Source: Trichoplax adhaerens (lineage: Eukaryota > Animalia > Placozoa). From it: 64,000 nt of DNA. This document shows positions 1 to 17,960 of this stretch, piece by piece. Each line of letters opens with the position of its first letter. Within the stretch, counting starts at the first letter, position 1. The stretch spans positions 10,200,209-10,264,208 of the forward strand of contig NW_002060943.1 in the NCBI RefSeq assembly GCF_000150275.1, given 5' to 3'. A model generated the notes under the pieces. The model saw only the letters and a list, made by a program, of their open reading frames with translations. It had not been told where the DNA came from and did no database searches. Both the position numbers and the translations under genes were made by a program.

Positions 1-919
1 TGATTTGAAATGGATTTCAAAGAATTGTCTAAAAAGCACCGGTAAAATTACAAAAGGCTATGTTTGTTTTACAATTATTGCTTGCATTGTTTTGCCATTG
101 ATTACATTAAATAGCGCAGTACTATCACGACGTTTTCACGAGGTCACCACTTCGTGTGTAAATAATTTTAATTAATTAAAGCTGATAAAAATAAAAAATA
201 AAGGCTTCTATACTGTACAGTACAATGTACATATGATATAGTACTAACCAATGCTCCATACAATATTAACATTACAGTACAGTATGTATCAGAGTAATAC
301 TGGCTAGTGTGCTCAAGTGTACACTGCAACGCTACAGTGTGCTGCCGTCTAGTAAGTGCTCTGCCGTATGGACTACAGCTGCTTGCAAATGGAACCGATG
401 CAACGTTGCAATAACGAACTCTTGGCTTTTCGAGCACTTTTTTACAGTATCAAAATGCGGCTGCATTACAAATCAAGAGTCTACTGTCAGGTTTGTCCTG
501 CTGACATTTACCTATAGTACGATTCTAACTACTGACGATTTCCTATCATCAGGACGAACAGTATACACCACTAGTCTCTCTTTTAGACTTAACTGAACTC
601 CAACTTTATTTGAAAAAGTCGGTCAATTTAGAGCAAATCGACATCAACGTTAAACATGAATTAATTATCAATTCAGTTGATAGATAATAATAATAATATT
701 ATACTGTACTGTACGAGTATGCAGTTATCTATTAAAAATATATTAGATAAAATTGTCTTAAGGAAATTAGGTTACGACAGCTATGCATAGGTTACTCCGT
801 AACAGGCTGTTAAAGTTAGTTACAGTAGACAGCATCTGGCCGCCATCGTTTGAAGTTTCTTTAACTTCTACAGTACCACGACGATTCCTGATCATCGGTT
901 TAATAGCCCCAGACAATAT

Positions 920-1115
920 GTACTGTACAGTACAGTACTGTAAGGTACTTCAGTACAGTTTGAAAATATAAAGGCAAGGAATAATACTGTACAGTACTGT
1001 ACTGTACTGTACACTGTACAGTAGTGTTCTGCCCATTCGCACTGGTATTGTTCATGATATTAAGCATTGTTGTTTCTGAATAGTACGGTAATAATCTATT
1101 GTACTGTACTGTACC
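920..1115. repeat. TACAG/CTGTA pentamer array upstream of GOT2
   Basis: Runs such as TACTGTACAGTACAGTACTGTA and TACTGTACTGTACTGTACACTGTACAGTA. A weaker patch lies at ~210-345. Confidence 0.85.
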
Positions 1116-1536
1116 GTGACAGTAGCACAAGTTGTGTATACTGTGCGGTATGCACATGATGCCATAATGATGCTGCATACCACGCACTGGTGACCTGCTG
1201 GCTTTGATTACAGTAGCTGCAGGATTTCACTTCAAACGTTTTATGTTGTAGGTGCAAATTGTGTCTTATTGATAGCGGTAAGGTTTCTGTATTTTATTTT
1301 TATTTTTTCATCTAATGAGATTAAAAGAGTCACATCGTAGGTTTTAGAATGTTATCTTACTAGTATTTATTCTTATAGAAGTAATGTGCATCATTGCTTA
1401 TTGAATTGAAGTATTAAAGTGTGAAATGTTCAGTTCACGTTGCAATTTGTGATTGTTTTTAAGCGAAGAATCGCAGCTTAATATTACAGCGTAAAGTAAA
1501 ATCTTGGATAACCTTGGTTTTCTTCTTTGAAGGAAA

Positions 1537-5609
<4,073 letters not shown>

Positions 5610-7211
5610 TTCAACCGATTTTTCATGTAGGCACCAGTATTATTACCAGCATTTAAGAATAGTCTTAGTATTTAGATACTGGTCTAATAAGGCTTAACAT
5701 TTAATTTCTTGCTGATATACTGTATGTCAATTTATAAGTTAATTTTCTAAAATGCATTGAAAACTTATTGACAGATTTTAAATTCTAGACAGCAACCTGA
5801 TAAATAAAGGTTTTTTTCTAAGCGTCGAGACACTTCAAAGTGCTAACGTTTGTTGTTGATCAGATGCGTTGAAACTTTTTACTAAATTTAATGTCTGACT
5901 AAGAATGTACTTAAAATAGATATTCTCGATCGCACTTGTTTCACTGGTATTAATAATGAAGCTTTATCCAACGTTACAGTAGTTAAATCAAACTCAACAT
6001 AATAAAAAAATTTCATGGGTGAGTCATTCACACAGTCTTCGATAGTATTAAAGACAATTGTTTACCTCTGCAGCTGCTAAATGCCGGCGATGGCGTACCG
6101 TCGTGTGATACCGATTTTCTGAAAAATCGCACTTTCTCTGTAGTATTATCGTATGATGAATTATATTATGATTGGGCAGTACACTTGATAGATATACTAA
6201 AACCTCGGTTAACCGATCGTTCGAAAATTAAATTGTATAAGTTTACTGTGAAATATTTAAACAGTTTTATTTATAGGAATATTTCCCTAATCTTACTCTC
6301 GAAGTACAAAGAATAAGTACCGAATTGGGATCGTGTCATGACTGCGTGTAGCATTAGAAAATTTGGAGGGCCTACTTTAGAAATTATAACGTGTTTTTTG
6401 TATATTTATACGGTTGGGATAAGAGAAAGTGAAGTTAAGTGACTAGCTCTAATAACGGACACAAAGAACAAAACTGAAATGGGAGGATTTGAGCTTGGAA
6501 ATACTCAAATTAGAGGATTAGTCTGATCTGTCGCATTTCCACGATTAATGTAACAGATACTTAGACAGTGTTAAAAATGTTACATTCTGTTATCTGCTGA
6601 TACACATTATGTACGTAATTGACTTTCCCTTCATTTAGTCATCAATCAAAGATTAGTAGGATTGTGTACGTACAGGCGGTAGGAAGTAGTTAAGTTTTAA
6701 TAAATTTTATTACAACATTAACCGATTAATTATAGAATCTTACTTGTGGATATATTAATTAACATTAATATCGAAAAATGCACCTATATTGGTGCATTGT
6801 TTTAGGAGTGAGGCATACCGTGACGTTTAACAGCTAAACGTAGTAAGTGCTATAAAGTGGTTAAAATATATAGCAAGGATAATTCATTATTTTTTTCTAT
6901 ATAATTACAGTAATTATTAGTAAAAAATTACTTATTTGGATTACATTGTATATATATATACACCAGATTTATATCATAAGAAATATAGTATTCAATATTG
7001 TAGCTTGCAGTTATATCCTGTACAAGTATGTGATTAGTTAAAATTTTGAATAAGTCGATGTTGAGAGGGGTAGTTCGCAATTTATATAGTGTTAATACAG
7101 CGATCATGGATTCTGTCACGTTGGGTTATTAAATATCCTGTAAATACATATAAATTTTATGGTAGTACGTAAATATATTAACAAAAGGGCGAACTTTTGT
7201 GAAATCCTTAA

Positions 7212-8857
7212 TCAAAGGGAGGCAAGGACTCTACTGTACGACGTGATGACATAAGCTATAGTGAGACCAATACCGATTAAAATAACATAAGAAGATTCGA
7301 TAACAAATCCACCAGTAGAAAATATTCCAGCTATTAATGCACCTAAAGTGAAAATAAGATTATAGACGTTGACAAGATATCAAATATTGTATTTTCCATA
7401 ACAATTTTAGCTATAATACCAGTAGTATTGAATATTTATTCGATTCAATGCATAAGAACTAGAAAATTGAGATAAATTTAGGTGTAGGGAACGTCTTCAG
7501 TGGGGTAGAGGGCTATGTCGCTATATTTTGCTATATGTAGAGATCAAGCAGACTGCATCCACGATCATCCTTTACTGCAATTTGGCTTAGCTGAATATTT
7601 TGTGTATATACTATCCTGTATATTGTAAGGTATTTAGGGGACCTTGTAGATCATCAAGTACTTTACACACATACTTATATTGATTACGAAGTAGTGTAAG
7701 CGTACAGTTTACGGTATACGCGTATATTTAATAGCCTGATGTTTTTTAGAGTGTATGCTATAACGTATGTAATACTCGTATTAGATAAGGGGAGTTTCTA
7801 TCAGAACTTACTAAAAATTGCACCACCAGTTAAAGGATAGATTAACGATACCAGCAAGAATATGCACGCCGTATAGGAGCCAATTCGTTGATACCTTAAG
7901 GCTCTAAATGCTACTAGAGCAGCTAGTACGTGTATCAGGACACTTGTAACGACACACCAAACGAAGATATTAAACCAGTATGCTAAAAATTTTAAAGAAA
8001 AATGCAACATTACTGAAAATTGGATTATTATTTACAGAATTTAATTTGTAGTATGCGCAATTGCACGTGTGTACAGTAATATATTTTACTCATTTAATAC
8101 TTACTTATTAATATACGTATAATGTCTATGGCATTTACTACCGTGTTTTGCAATCGATAGGATTTTAATACTGAAAGTTCGAAAAAGTATAAAGATCTCC
8201 AATACTTACTACTAGTGTTATAAATTATCGAGTTAATGCAGTGCCTACTTTTCTACTTCATGAGTAAAGCCCTACTAAACAGTGTACTGTACTTATTGTA
8301 CAAGAGCTGTACAATCATAGTCACATTTGTGAATTTATTGAATTATGATTACGATCAGTAAATTCGTAGTTGCTTAAATTAAAAAGGGATCTGGCGACTA
8401 ATTTTAAATATTAATATAAATTAATAACATACGAGGTAGTTCAATTTTATGCCAGAATGCAAATCTATAATTTAATCACTAATACTACTGCTATAGTAAT
8501 ACCGTCAATACTACACGAGTATACGAGATATAACAATATTTATGAATTATTATATAATTTTACTGTAAATGAATCGCCCCTTTATGCGAGTTAGTGTATT
8601 TGTATTCGTGAATAGATTACAATTAATCAAGTTTTATCATTAATAAAAGTAAATGAATAAGAAGGAATGCTGTATTTATGTTTTAGGTTACCGCTAATAC
8701 ATTTTACGGATTTGCGGTGGTATTACTATTACAAGTATAAAAAATGAAAATATCTTTTGCTTTAGTATCAGCAGAACTGATCAAACTTACGAAGAAAGTG
8801 TTCAATCAAAAAGGTTCCATTTGGGGACAAGAAAAAGAGCTGCGATTCCGATGCCAT
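7212..8857 (-). CDS. TMEM170: Transmembrane protein 170 (3 exons: 8857-8791, 7982-7812, 7342-7212)
   Basis: MASESQLFFLSPNGTFLIEHFLPYWFNIFVWCVVTSVLIHVLAALVAFRALRYQRIG...YPLTGGAIFSALIAGIF...YVITSYSRVLASL*. Three hydrophobic helices and the C-terminal S-x-x-R-[IV]-L-A-[ST]-L typical of TMEM170A/B. Phases join correctly. Confidence 0.9.
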
Positions 8858-8949
8858 TTTTGGCTCATACGTGCATCGCAGTTTTGAAGAGGGGAATCAA
8901 AATAATTGCAGGCTTGCTCGAACCATCCTTTGAGTATGACTTGAGGTGT

Positions 8950-9380
8950 CTTGTACTGTACACTACAGTGTACAGTGTACAATACTGTATACTGTACATT
9001 GTACTGTATTGTCACTGTTACAGTTGCGTACAGTACAGTACTGTACTGATAACACTGGTTGGGGTTCGGAACGACACTTGACTCCAATGCTCCAACACTA
9101 CAGTACTTACGTTACGTATGTACTGTACAGTACAGTACAGTTACAATACTGTATACTGTACTGTACGCTACCATACATTGTACTGTGAACACCACTGAAA
9201 CGCCTTACTGTATTGTACAGTACTGTACACTGTACAATGTACTGTACACTGTACAGTACACTGCTTTATACTGTATGGTTCATTAACCAGTCTTGGACAG
9301 TTGGATTTACGGACTACTGTACTAGAATTTGGGATTCGATTAGTCGACGATTGTAATGTACACTTGTACAGTACAGTACC
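8950..9380. repeat. TACAG/CTGTA pentamer array between divergent TMEM170 and Cas genes
   Basis: Dense mixed-orientation pentamer runs starting ~95 bp upstream of the TMEM170 ATG. Confidence 0.9.
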
Positions 9381-9878
9381 GTCATTGACTACTAGAAATA
9401 TGTCTGGTATTCTTCTAGTGGTCTATGAGTCTATGTAGTATCCGGAAAATTTTCTCTCCGTATGAAAGTAGTTTGGCGTTGATGACTTGGTCTTATTCTA
9501 TTTTACTAAGTGCTGCTTGAAAGCAGTCATTAAATAACGTCATAAATATTTTTGAATTAATAGTAGTGAATAGGAATATAGAATCGGAAGATCTAAGTCA
9601 TTATTTTTCCACATTTCGGCCTTATTTGGTCTGAAAAAGTCCTTGACTATACTCACTGTTGCTATTGCTGAAGTGTACAGTACTGTATTATTTTAATCTA
9701 CAGTAGTTAGCTATTAGCTGGCTGTGAAATTGAAGAGGAATTGCCTCAAAGTAAAGTAGAAATCGACCATTACGATCGTGGAGGTGATTTCTTTTATCGC
9801 TGTGATTCGGATTCGGATAGTATGTTAGTAGTATAGTTAGTATCAGTGCTCCCATACAACCCAATTGTTGATTAATTA

Positions 9879-10189
9879 ACGACTACAAGAAGAGGAGCTT
9901 CTCCTACTGTACTGTATTACCGGTAACAAGGATGCAAAATGCAGCCACACTAAATAATGCTACAGTATGAATGTAGGAGTACTTACAGCTTGTTCTTTTA
10001 AGTCGTCCATCTCTATCAGCATACACTGTACAGTACAGTATTAACAGTAGGTGTGCTTTAATTAATGATGTACCATTGTTGATTTACGACTACAAGAAGA
10101 GGAGCTTTTCCTACTGTAGTGCATTACCGGTAACAAGGATGCAAAATACAGCCACACTAAATAATGCTACAGTATGAATGTAGGAGTAC
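9879..10189 (+). repeat. Two 104-bp direct repeats (9879-9982 and 10086-10189), 4 mismatches
   Basis: Both copies read ACGACTACAAGAAGAGGAGCTT...CCGGTAACAAGGATGCAAAAT.CAGCCACACTAAATAATGCTACAGTATGAATGTAGGAGTAC. Confidence 0.9.
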
Positions 10190-10744
10190 GTACTGTCCTG
10201 TACAGTATATTACGTTTTTATTGATTAATTATTTACATTCACTTTTCAAGGCTCCCAGCATGTAGCTAAAGAAAAATTCTGAACGTGTCTTGTTATTATG
10301 CAAGTAACATCAAGAGGTATAAAAACTAAAGTATCAGTGGACTTTCAATGTTAATTGTATCGTTCGGTTCTGTATAAGGCTATTGTATTCGACGGCAAAT
10401 TCGTCAATTGAATCGTTTATTTATTTTATTCCTATGGTATTAATAATTTTTTCTTTATTGTATGAACAGCGCTAGTACCCTAGGTATCTTAAGTATGCAT
10501 AATAGTACTAATAGCGGTCAGTGCTTTCTACTTTTCTCAATTAGTGATCATCGCGTACTGCTGTAAGGCTCGATCTACATCGCTAAATTCAATGCTATAT
10601 AAAAAAATATAAAAATTGTAGATTTCAGTTGTGACTGTACATTGCAGTTCTATGCAAACTTGTTGTCATTAATTAACCTCTGTTATTACTTTACAGCCAA
10701 TTACCACTGTGATCAGAAGTAACAATTTTTAGCAAAGAACCAAT

Positions 10745-13700
10745 ATGGCGACAATCTCTTCAACAGTAAGTAAAATACTCAACTAACTTTACACGTTTGC
10801 CACAAATAGTGACTACAGCCACTATCATTTTAGATATGTTAAAATTGTAATCACGCGAATGTAGTAGTAGCGATAATTAACACATGGCAAACACCAATTT
10901 TCAATGATTAACATCTACTTAACTACGAGTCATTTTATTAACTACTTAATATATTTATTATTTAATTGAATTGTGTGATGAATTACATCAGATCCGGATT
11001 TAATTTTATTCCATTTCCGTTCTACATGATTATGATTGATAAAGTAAAAAGGCATATTAGTAAACACTTGGTAAAAAGTTCTGAGATTAAAATTGCAATG
11101 CTAGTGATTGATATTATATGCCGATAGTTGTAAGCACTAGTGTGGAACCTCCCTGGATTCGAGAGGTCCACAGCACTAGGTACAGCAATAGAGCGCAAAT
11201 TTGTTGATTGAGTAATGATTAAAATTATATTGTATAATTTATAGATAATATTCGAAATGTAGTCAATGACGGAGGGTAGCGGTATAGGGGGGTACGTTAA
11301 GATTTCTTCACTATATTTTACGGCTAGTATACTATAGAGAATTTTGGGTGCGTAGCTTATAAAGCAGTGTTTTTGGAGGTTCTCCAGATTTTGTGAATCA
11401 CTACAATTACAAAAAGAAGGAACAGTAAAGTATACAGGATAACCCTTTTCAAATTATGGCTAAATTAGCAAAATGCCGTCGGAGAACTTTATATAATCAT
11501 TAGGCAGCTACTGCATAATCATAAACTGTTGAATACGAACGATGTTTTACTCCTGCAATGTTACTTAATTGATACTTAGTCTTATTAGCAATGTGCACCG
11601 GTCTGCAGAACTCATCGTTAGATACCCATGCTTTCAAAACATCATCGAATCACAAAGTTATAAAACCACTCATCAATTATTTCATTTTATTATTGATTAT
11701 TTTTTCGTCAGACTAATTTAAACTGAGATCTATTACTGTACTGTAGTTCACTATTAAGTCCGCTTAAAGATCTAAATTGCTGTTACCCAAATCAAATCTT
11801 GATTTGATTGTAATCTGTTGCTAAATCGCTTTCAATTAAAAGATTAGCACACTCTATAATGTAATTACTTTATGTAAAAAATATCAGGATCAGCTTTACA
11901 GAACTAGATTGTTTATTAATTAATGCAATTTTATTACATCACTAGTGGAGTGTCCTTCATATGTTTTTTGTTAATACGGCAGTAAGTAAATGTGCAGTAC
12001 TGTTGATCGTTAAAATACTCTGATAATTATACTAGTAAATATATATGATTACTGTTAGCTATCAGTCGGTTAGATTTTTCAATGAATGTAAAAAGTATGA
12101 TGCTGTAGATGTCTGGTTCTATTAAGCAATTATTTACATAGTAAACTGAACGATTATTGTGTAATTGTGCGTAATTAATTTTATTCCAGAGCAATCTTCG
12201 AGCTATTGCACTCTATGATAATGTTGCTGAATCTCCTGATGAGTTAGAATTTACAAAAGGTGATACAGTAGAAGTTATCGAACGCAATCTTCCAAAATTA
12301 GATGGATGGTGGTTATGCCAGCGCAGAGGTAGAACTGGAATTGCTCCTGCCAATCGTTTGCAACTTGTAACTAATAGAGTTATAAATCGGAAAATAAGTA
12401 GTTCAGCCGAGAGTAAGCTTGGTATTACACGATCTACGACTAAAAATAGCACTATGGCTGAAAAAACAGGTCAGAATTTTATATGTAAAGAGATAAAGTT
12501 ATGATAAGCATTACATTAAGATGCGTTATCAGTTAATCAAATCCGCTATTGTTTACAAACCATAATCCATTTACAGGTGCTGATCGAAAACATTCAGTTC
12601 TCGATGGTGATCATCAGCAACATACCAGGCTTAATGCATCTTTTCATTCAGCGAATGATTATGATTATATCTCTGATGATTACAATAAGAGTGCTAATAA
12701 AGATAACCAAAAGATGAAGAGTATTGATTTGCCTGATTACGATGTTCCAGTTAGCAACGCTAATTCTTATTATCGTAAAGATAGTAAGAATGGATCCAGT
12801 AATACTGTGAATAGTAACTGCGCCCAGTCTCGAGATTTTGCAGATTATGATGAAATCGAAGAACGGATTGACTACGATATACCAGAGTCAGTGAAGGACA
12901 TCAAACAGCCTGATTACGATGTACCTACGCTTGCAGACCATAGAGAGGATCACAAATCCGTTGAAGTGTCCGAGCAGCCTTCCTATGATATTCCTGTCTC
13001 TTATAGTGAGGATGCTCGTAAGGGTATCGCAACAGGTCTATACCATAACAAGAATGATGTAGGCCATAGTGAATTCCAATATGGCTACTCTGATATGGAC
13101 AATAATCAAGATTATGATATTCCTGAAGCTAGGTGTGGATCTCAGCTGCATGAAATTAATATTAAGACAATGGATAAATCAATTAATCAGCCAGACTACG
13201 ACACTCCGGACAGTCATGAAAGCGTTTTAGTTACAGATTCTAAAGATTGCAAAAGCGATGAAGTTGGAAATGCACAAATATTCCATCAAAAAGATTATGA
13301 TATTTCTAGTCGGGATAGGTATGTGAGTGAAACTGTGTGTATGATACAGTAAAGAATACGAATTAAAATAAGATTAATTCTGTTAAATGAAATTTTTATT
13401 GCGACTTTATATAGCTTAAATCAGTGTTCCCAAGCCCCAAAGGAGGAGAATAAAGTATTTCAATCTAAATCCGCCCTTGCCGTAGCTGCTGGTCCATCGT
13501 CAAAATTCAGAAATGAGCAACAAAGTGAATTACCCGTTGATACGATGATGACTTTTAAAGCTGAAAATTACAAATACTCGGCAATTTATGCGCGGTCGGA
13601 AGACTTCAGTACCAAAATATCAAAATGGAAGCAGCGTAGTAGCTCTTTCAAAGGAATTGATTTAAATATTTTAGTTGGATTGACCTATATCGATCATTTA

Positions 13701-14813
13701 CAAAGGGAAATTTTCGATTGCTCAAAAAATTTAACAGGACATAAAAAATTAGGATGGCATACAGTATCTTCTCTGAAATCGACAATGAGAAGTATAAGAA
13801 TTCACCTGAAAAAGCTGTATATGTATATTGTTGATTTTGTGGACGTCGGCAAGCGATCCTTAGTCAATTGTTATTACTCAAGTGATGAAGGTAAAGAAGT
13901 AGCTCGTGTACTCAAAGAAGGTCTTCACCAACTGGTTGAAATTAGAAATACTATAAGTGAATCTTACAAGGAGTTAGATAGCATTAATTGGAAGATTGAA
14001 TATATTTCTTCACAATATTCCGGGACTTTAGATAGGGTCATGCTAGTTACCAGTCAGATGCCCAAATTATGCAATGATTTTTTTTTATTAGTATTAAAAA
14101 ATGCAGATATAATATTCGACAAAAATATTAGCGTCGGCTCGGAAAATTTTGTTGGTATTGAAGATCCTAAATTGGATTGTGATACGTACACTGATACAAT
14201 CTTACAGAAGGTAATTTCAGATACCGTTAGTGAAAGAACTAGTGCGGTGAAAGAGAGCGAGAGTTTAGGTAAGCCTAGTTACAAGGTTGATCCCAATTTA
14301 GGTCAATCCTCAGCTAAAGAATCCATAACAACTTTTGTCGAGAAGAATTCGCCGAAACATACAGAAAGCAATATAGAAGAGAATACATCAGATAAGACCA
14401 CCGAAGATCCTGAATTAATTACGATGATTTTCGATCAGCACGCATCAGAATTTCAGCAAAAATTTCAGAGTCTTGGCGAAGAATTTAAAATTTTAGTGAA
14501 GTGCATTAGAGAACAAGAAGGAGTTAATGTAATATTGGAAGAAAGTAAGAAGATTATCGTTGGTGCTCATTCGCTGATTTTCGTAGCTGATTTTTGTAAT
14601 GATCGCATACCTGATTGCGATGTGAAGCAGGAATTACAAAATCGCATTACAAAGTTAGTAGACGCAATTACTACATTTGCCTCAGCTGCTAAGAAGGCAT
14701 CTGAAAATTACCCATCTAAAGATTCGTTACAAGGAATCGTCAGAGCTAGTAAAGATTTGTCAGCGATATCTAAGGAGCTAGTTATATATGCAACTAGTCT
14801 TAAAACGAAATAA
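10745..14813 (+). CDS. BCAR1: Cas-family focal-adhesion scaffold (p130Cas/BCAR1-NEDD9 co-orthologue), ~813 aa, exons 10745-10765, 12190-12469, 12577-13318, 13415-14813
   Basis: N-terminal SH3 RAIALYDNVAESPDELEFTKGD...LDGWWLC...GIAPANRL is the Cas-type SH3 signature. The substrate domain has six YDxP motifs. A helical serine-rich region and a C-terminal Cas/FAT-like domain follow (SKKIIVGAHSLIFVAD...AKKASENYPS). The short first exon is the least certain part. Confidence 0.92.
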
Positions 14814-16909
14814 CTACTGACGCAGAGGTTGACGCGGACTAAAGATGCCGGTTCAACTGAAAAGTTCCAAATATGTTTTGTTGATATGATAAATACCCGT
14901 AAACTTTTGTTAAAGCTATAAAAGTTTATATACCATACATAAGCGGTTTTACTAGCAGATTGACTTAATTGTTGTAAATTATTAAAAATTGAATGGCCAA
15001 AAATTTTCAATTTCGTACAATTTTGTGGTTAGAATACTAATGTAAGCTGTAAATGGCTAATTGAAATCACCATTTTATTTGAGTAACTAAATTGTATCTG
15101 TTAATTAGTATTGGCATCGTTAAATGATGCTAACGTCAGAACTTACATAATGAGTTTCTATTTATTTTTAATAAACGTGAAAGTAACGTGTAATTCAAAT
15201 ACTCTTCAGGTTTTTCTCATATTTTTTGATGCCATATAGATACTCGATGAAACTATAAGTTTTTTGATTACGATTTGTGTTTATAGTTAAATTTTATAAA
15301 AATTGTAATTAGTGATGTAATGATTAATAAATCGTACGTAACGATCCAATCGTCTTCGTAGCCGTAGGCATATATATATATGATTAGACTAGCTGAATTA
15401 TCTAAGAAATTTTAACAAAATGTTGCTTAATAGCCTATTCTTAAAATATGACATTTTAATAAATATCGATGGTATGTATATGTATATATAATGTATGGGT
15501 ACTAGCATATAGGATATTTTACATTTTGCATTAAAAACTTTTCTACTATAATCTACAGATATCAGGTAAGACACTATATTATTGAACTATTTTTGAAGCG
15601 ATAATTGTTTAATTTTGGAGACTGCATATAATATATCAACTTATCGTATGCCAAAGTACTTTGAAATTTGAGCGTCAGCTCAGCTAATGAAGGCGCTAAT
15701 TTGGTCTTAAATTAAAGGATTACTGTATTGGTTCGTATTAGATATTTTATCTTTCTCACTAAATTTGAATTTGATATAGATAGTTTTGCATTGTCTGCTT
15801 TGCACCATGTAATAGAGACTCCATAATATCAGTAGTAAGCCATTAAGTATGTTGTAGCACAATACAATATGTTGTACATTTCAAGTGCAAATTACAGTCT
15901 AACAAATTATAAATTCTGATGTTATTCGTTCAAATGTACAGTATAAGAAGATTAAGTACGAAGACGGCATTCTATTGTGTACACAGTACACGAATATAGC
16001 GACTACAGTATAACGTAACTACTGTATTAACGAACATAGCACATCAATTTTACGGGAGTATCATAAATAAAATTTGATTTACAGATTTAGAATAAAAGTG
16101 TTTTCTAAGTTTTTAGTATAGAAAGATTTTGTAATGCGAAAAAGTACACGAGTTTTACAATAATTTTGGCGAGAATAAAAAATACCATTTAAACAAATAT
16201 GCCAAACAATGAATAGCAATACATTTATGTATGATATAGGTGCATCACAGGCTCATTTGCACTGGGATATCTGGCAATCTGCCTATAAACTTAAGAATTT
16301 AATTGTTGTTACAAAGGAATAAGCCTGCATGATATTTTATATAAAAAAATAGAATGCTGATCGTTTATAGCCTCCTGTAAACGAAGGGTTACTACAGAGT
16401 TGATAGCCAGTGTTAAGGGTGTAAATTATTCTTTGTTGATGGTATGTCGTAGCAATTACAGCAGTGTCGACCATTAATACCGTAAGTGCTGTATAGAACC
16501 GAAATAGCCAAAGGAAAAGCGATTTACATGGCTAAATTATATTATTTGTATTCAAGCCTGATATCATTGCCATATTAGCAAGGTCCATTTGATTAGAAGT
16601 AGAATTAAAATATTATAATTATGAGAGGTATGGCTCCTGAAGCATACTTGTCAGATCTGAAAGGTATCTTGCCGTTAATACAGTACATTACATCTTAAGT
16701 TAGTGGTTGCTTGCAGTGGCAGTTTAAAATTTTATTAGACAAATAATGATGTGCCTGGGTAACATCTACGTATATTTTTTACGGATGGCATACGACTGTA
16801 TGATATATGTATATGTGATTACAATTCATGATGTAATATCAATATCTATCAATACACGGACATGCAGAGTGGTCTATTCACACTCATATTAGCATTTGGA
16901 TATAATCTT

Positions 16910-17960
16910 TCATCGTTTTTTTACTTGATCTTTGACTTTGGGTCCTTCAAACAATAACTCTCGTATGAACTGAAATCGCTGTAGAAAGAACTTCCATACA
17001 ATGTACCAACCTACAGGAAATGATAACAATATCAGATGAATAGTTTAAGTACTTGATATCTTTAAGCAATCTGTACTGTACGAGTAGTGTATACTTTGCA
17101 CTACAGTATTAATTATTGAATAAACTCCCAGATCCTCCTATTTATCATTCTATTGCCAATAAAATTGTCTTAATTAACAGTAACGGCTTCAATCTTAGTA
17201 GTAACTTAAAATTCAAATTTCGGAGCATTCAGGAATGGTCTGGAATATAATATTACTTAAAGAGCAATCAGCAATCACTTGCTTAAAAAGATACTACAGT
17301 AACTTTCGTCTTGCAGAAGAGCTATGCGTAAATGAATAAGTAATAACAGAAACATGTTTACAGAATCAACGACCTCGACCTGGAACGACATTCGAGTTAG
17401 CTATCAGAGATATGATATGGACAGTATATGACAAGCACACGGATATCGCATATCGCTTAAGTAACTCTATTGTATACTGTAGTGTGCCATGGAGTATTCA
17501 ATGTTGCATTTTCAATTGTAGCAATAGCAAATTTAAATTGACATTTCATAAAATTGCAAAGTGTAAGATGCAATGAAGACAGTAACTACACTGTAATGTC
17601 CAGAGCATCAAAGCGTAGCTTGATAATCGACCTTTTCTGTTAAAGGTCCGTAAGTAACTGAAAGTTAGTTGTATCATAGTATCGATTTGATTAATACAAT
17701 CCCGTTTTGGTCTCTCCGTCCGATGATCTAAACTTCACTATCATCCTGACAAGGATAAGGATGACCAATACATATCGAATAGTTTAGAAACAAGTACTAG
17801 TTAAATGGTACCATTTACATTACAGTACCAGCTTAGCTATCAGCGAATAAAATTTTTAGGTAATCTGTATGTTGTACGTACACACAAATACAACCAGGAA
17901 TACCATCAACAGTGATATTATAATCGTAAAGGCAGCAATAAAGATATCTGTGATAGCCAT
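16910..17960 (-). CDS. SMIM13: Small integral membrane protein 13 family (2 exons: 17960-17882, 17010-16910), ~59 aa
   Basis: MAITDIFIAAFTIIISLLMVFLVVFVCWYIVWKFFLQRFQFIRELLFEGPKVKDQVKKR*. A single TM helix followed by the family motif W-Y-x-V-W-x-x-F-L-x-[KR]-F-x-F-[IL]-R-E-L. Not in the ORF track. Confidence 0.85.

Noticed and set aside
8806-9286. Overlapping ORFs rich in YSTV/TVLYC/VQY (also at 900-1187, 25438-27280, 38487-39845, 56417-56605)
   Set aside because: These are translations of the stop-poor TACAG/CTGTA repeat, open on both strands and in several frames. They are not proteins.
9879-10189. Repeat-spacer-repeat layout as a possible CRISPR-like array
   Set aside because: Only two 104-bp copies, a eukaryotic context and no cas genes.
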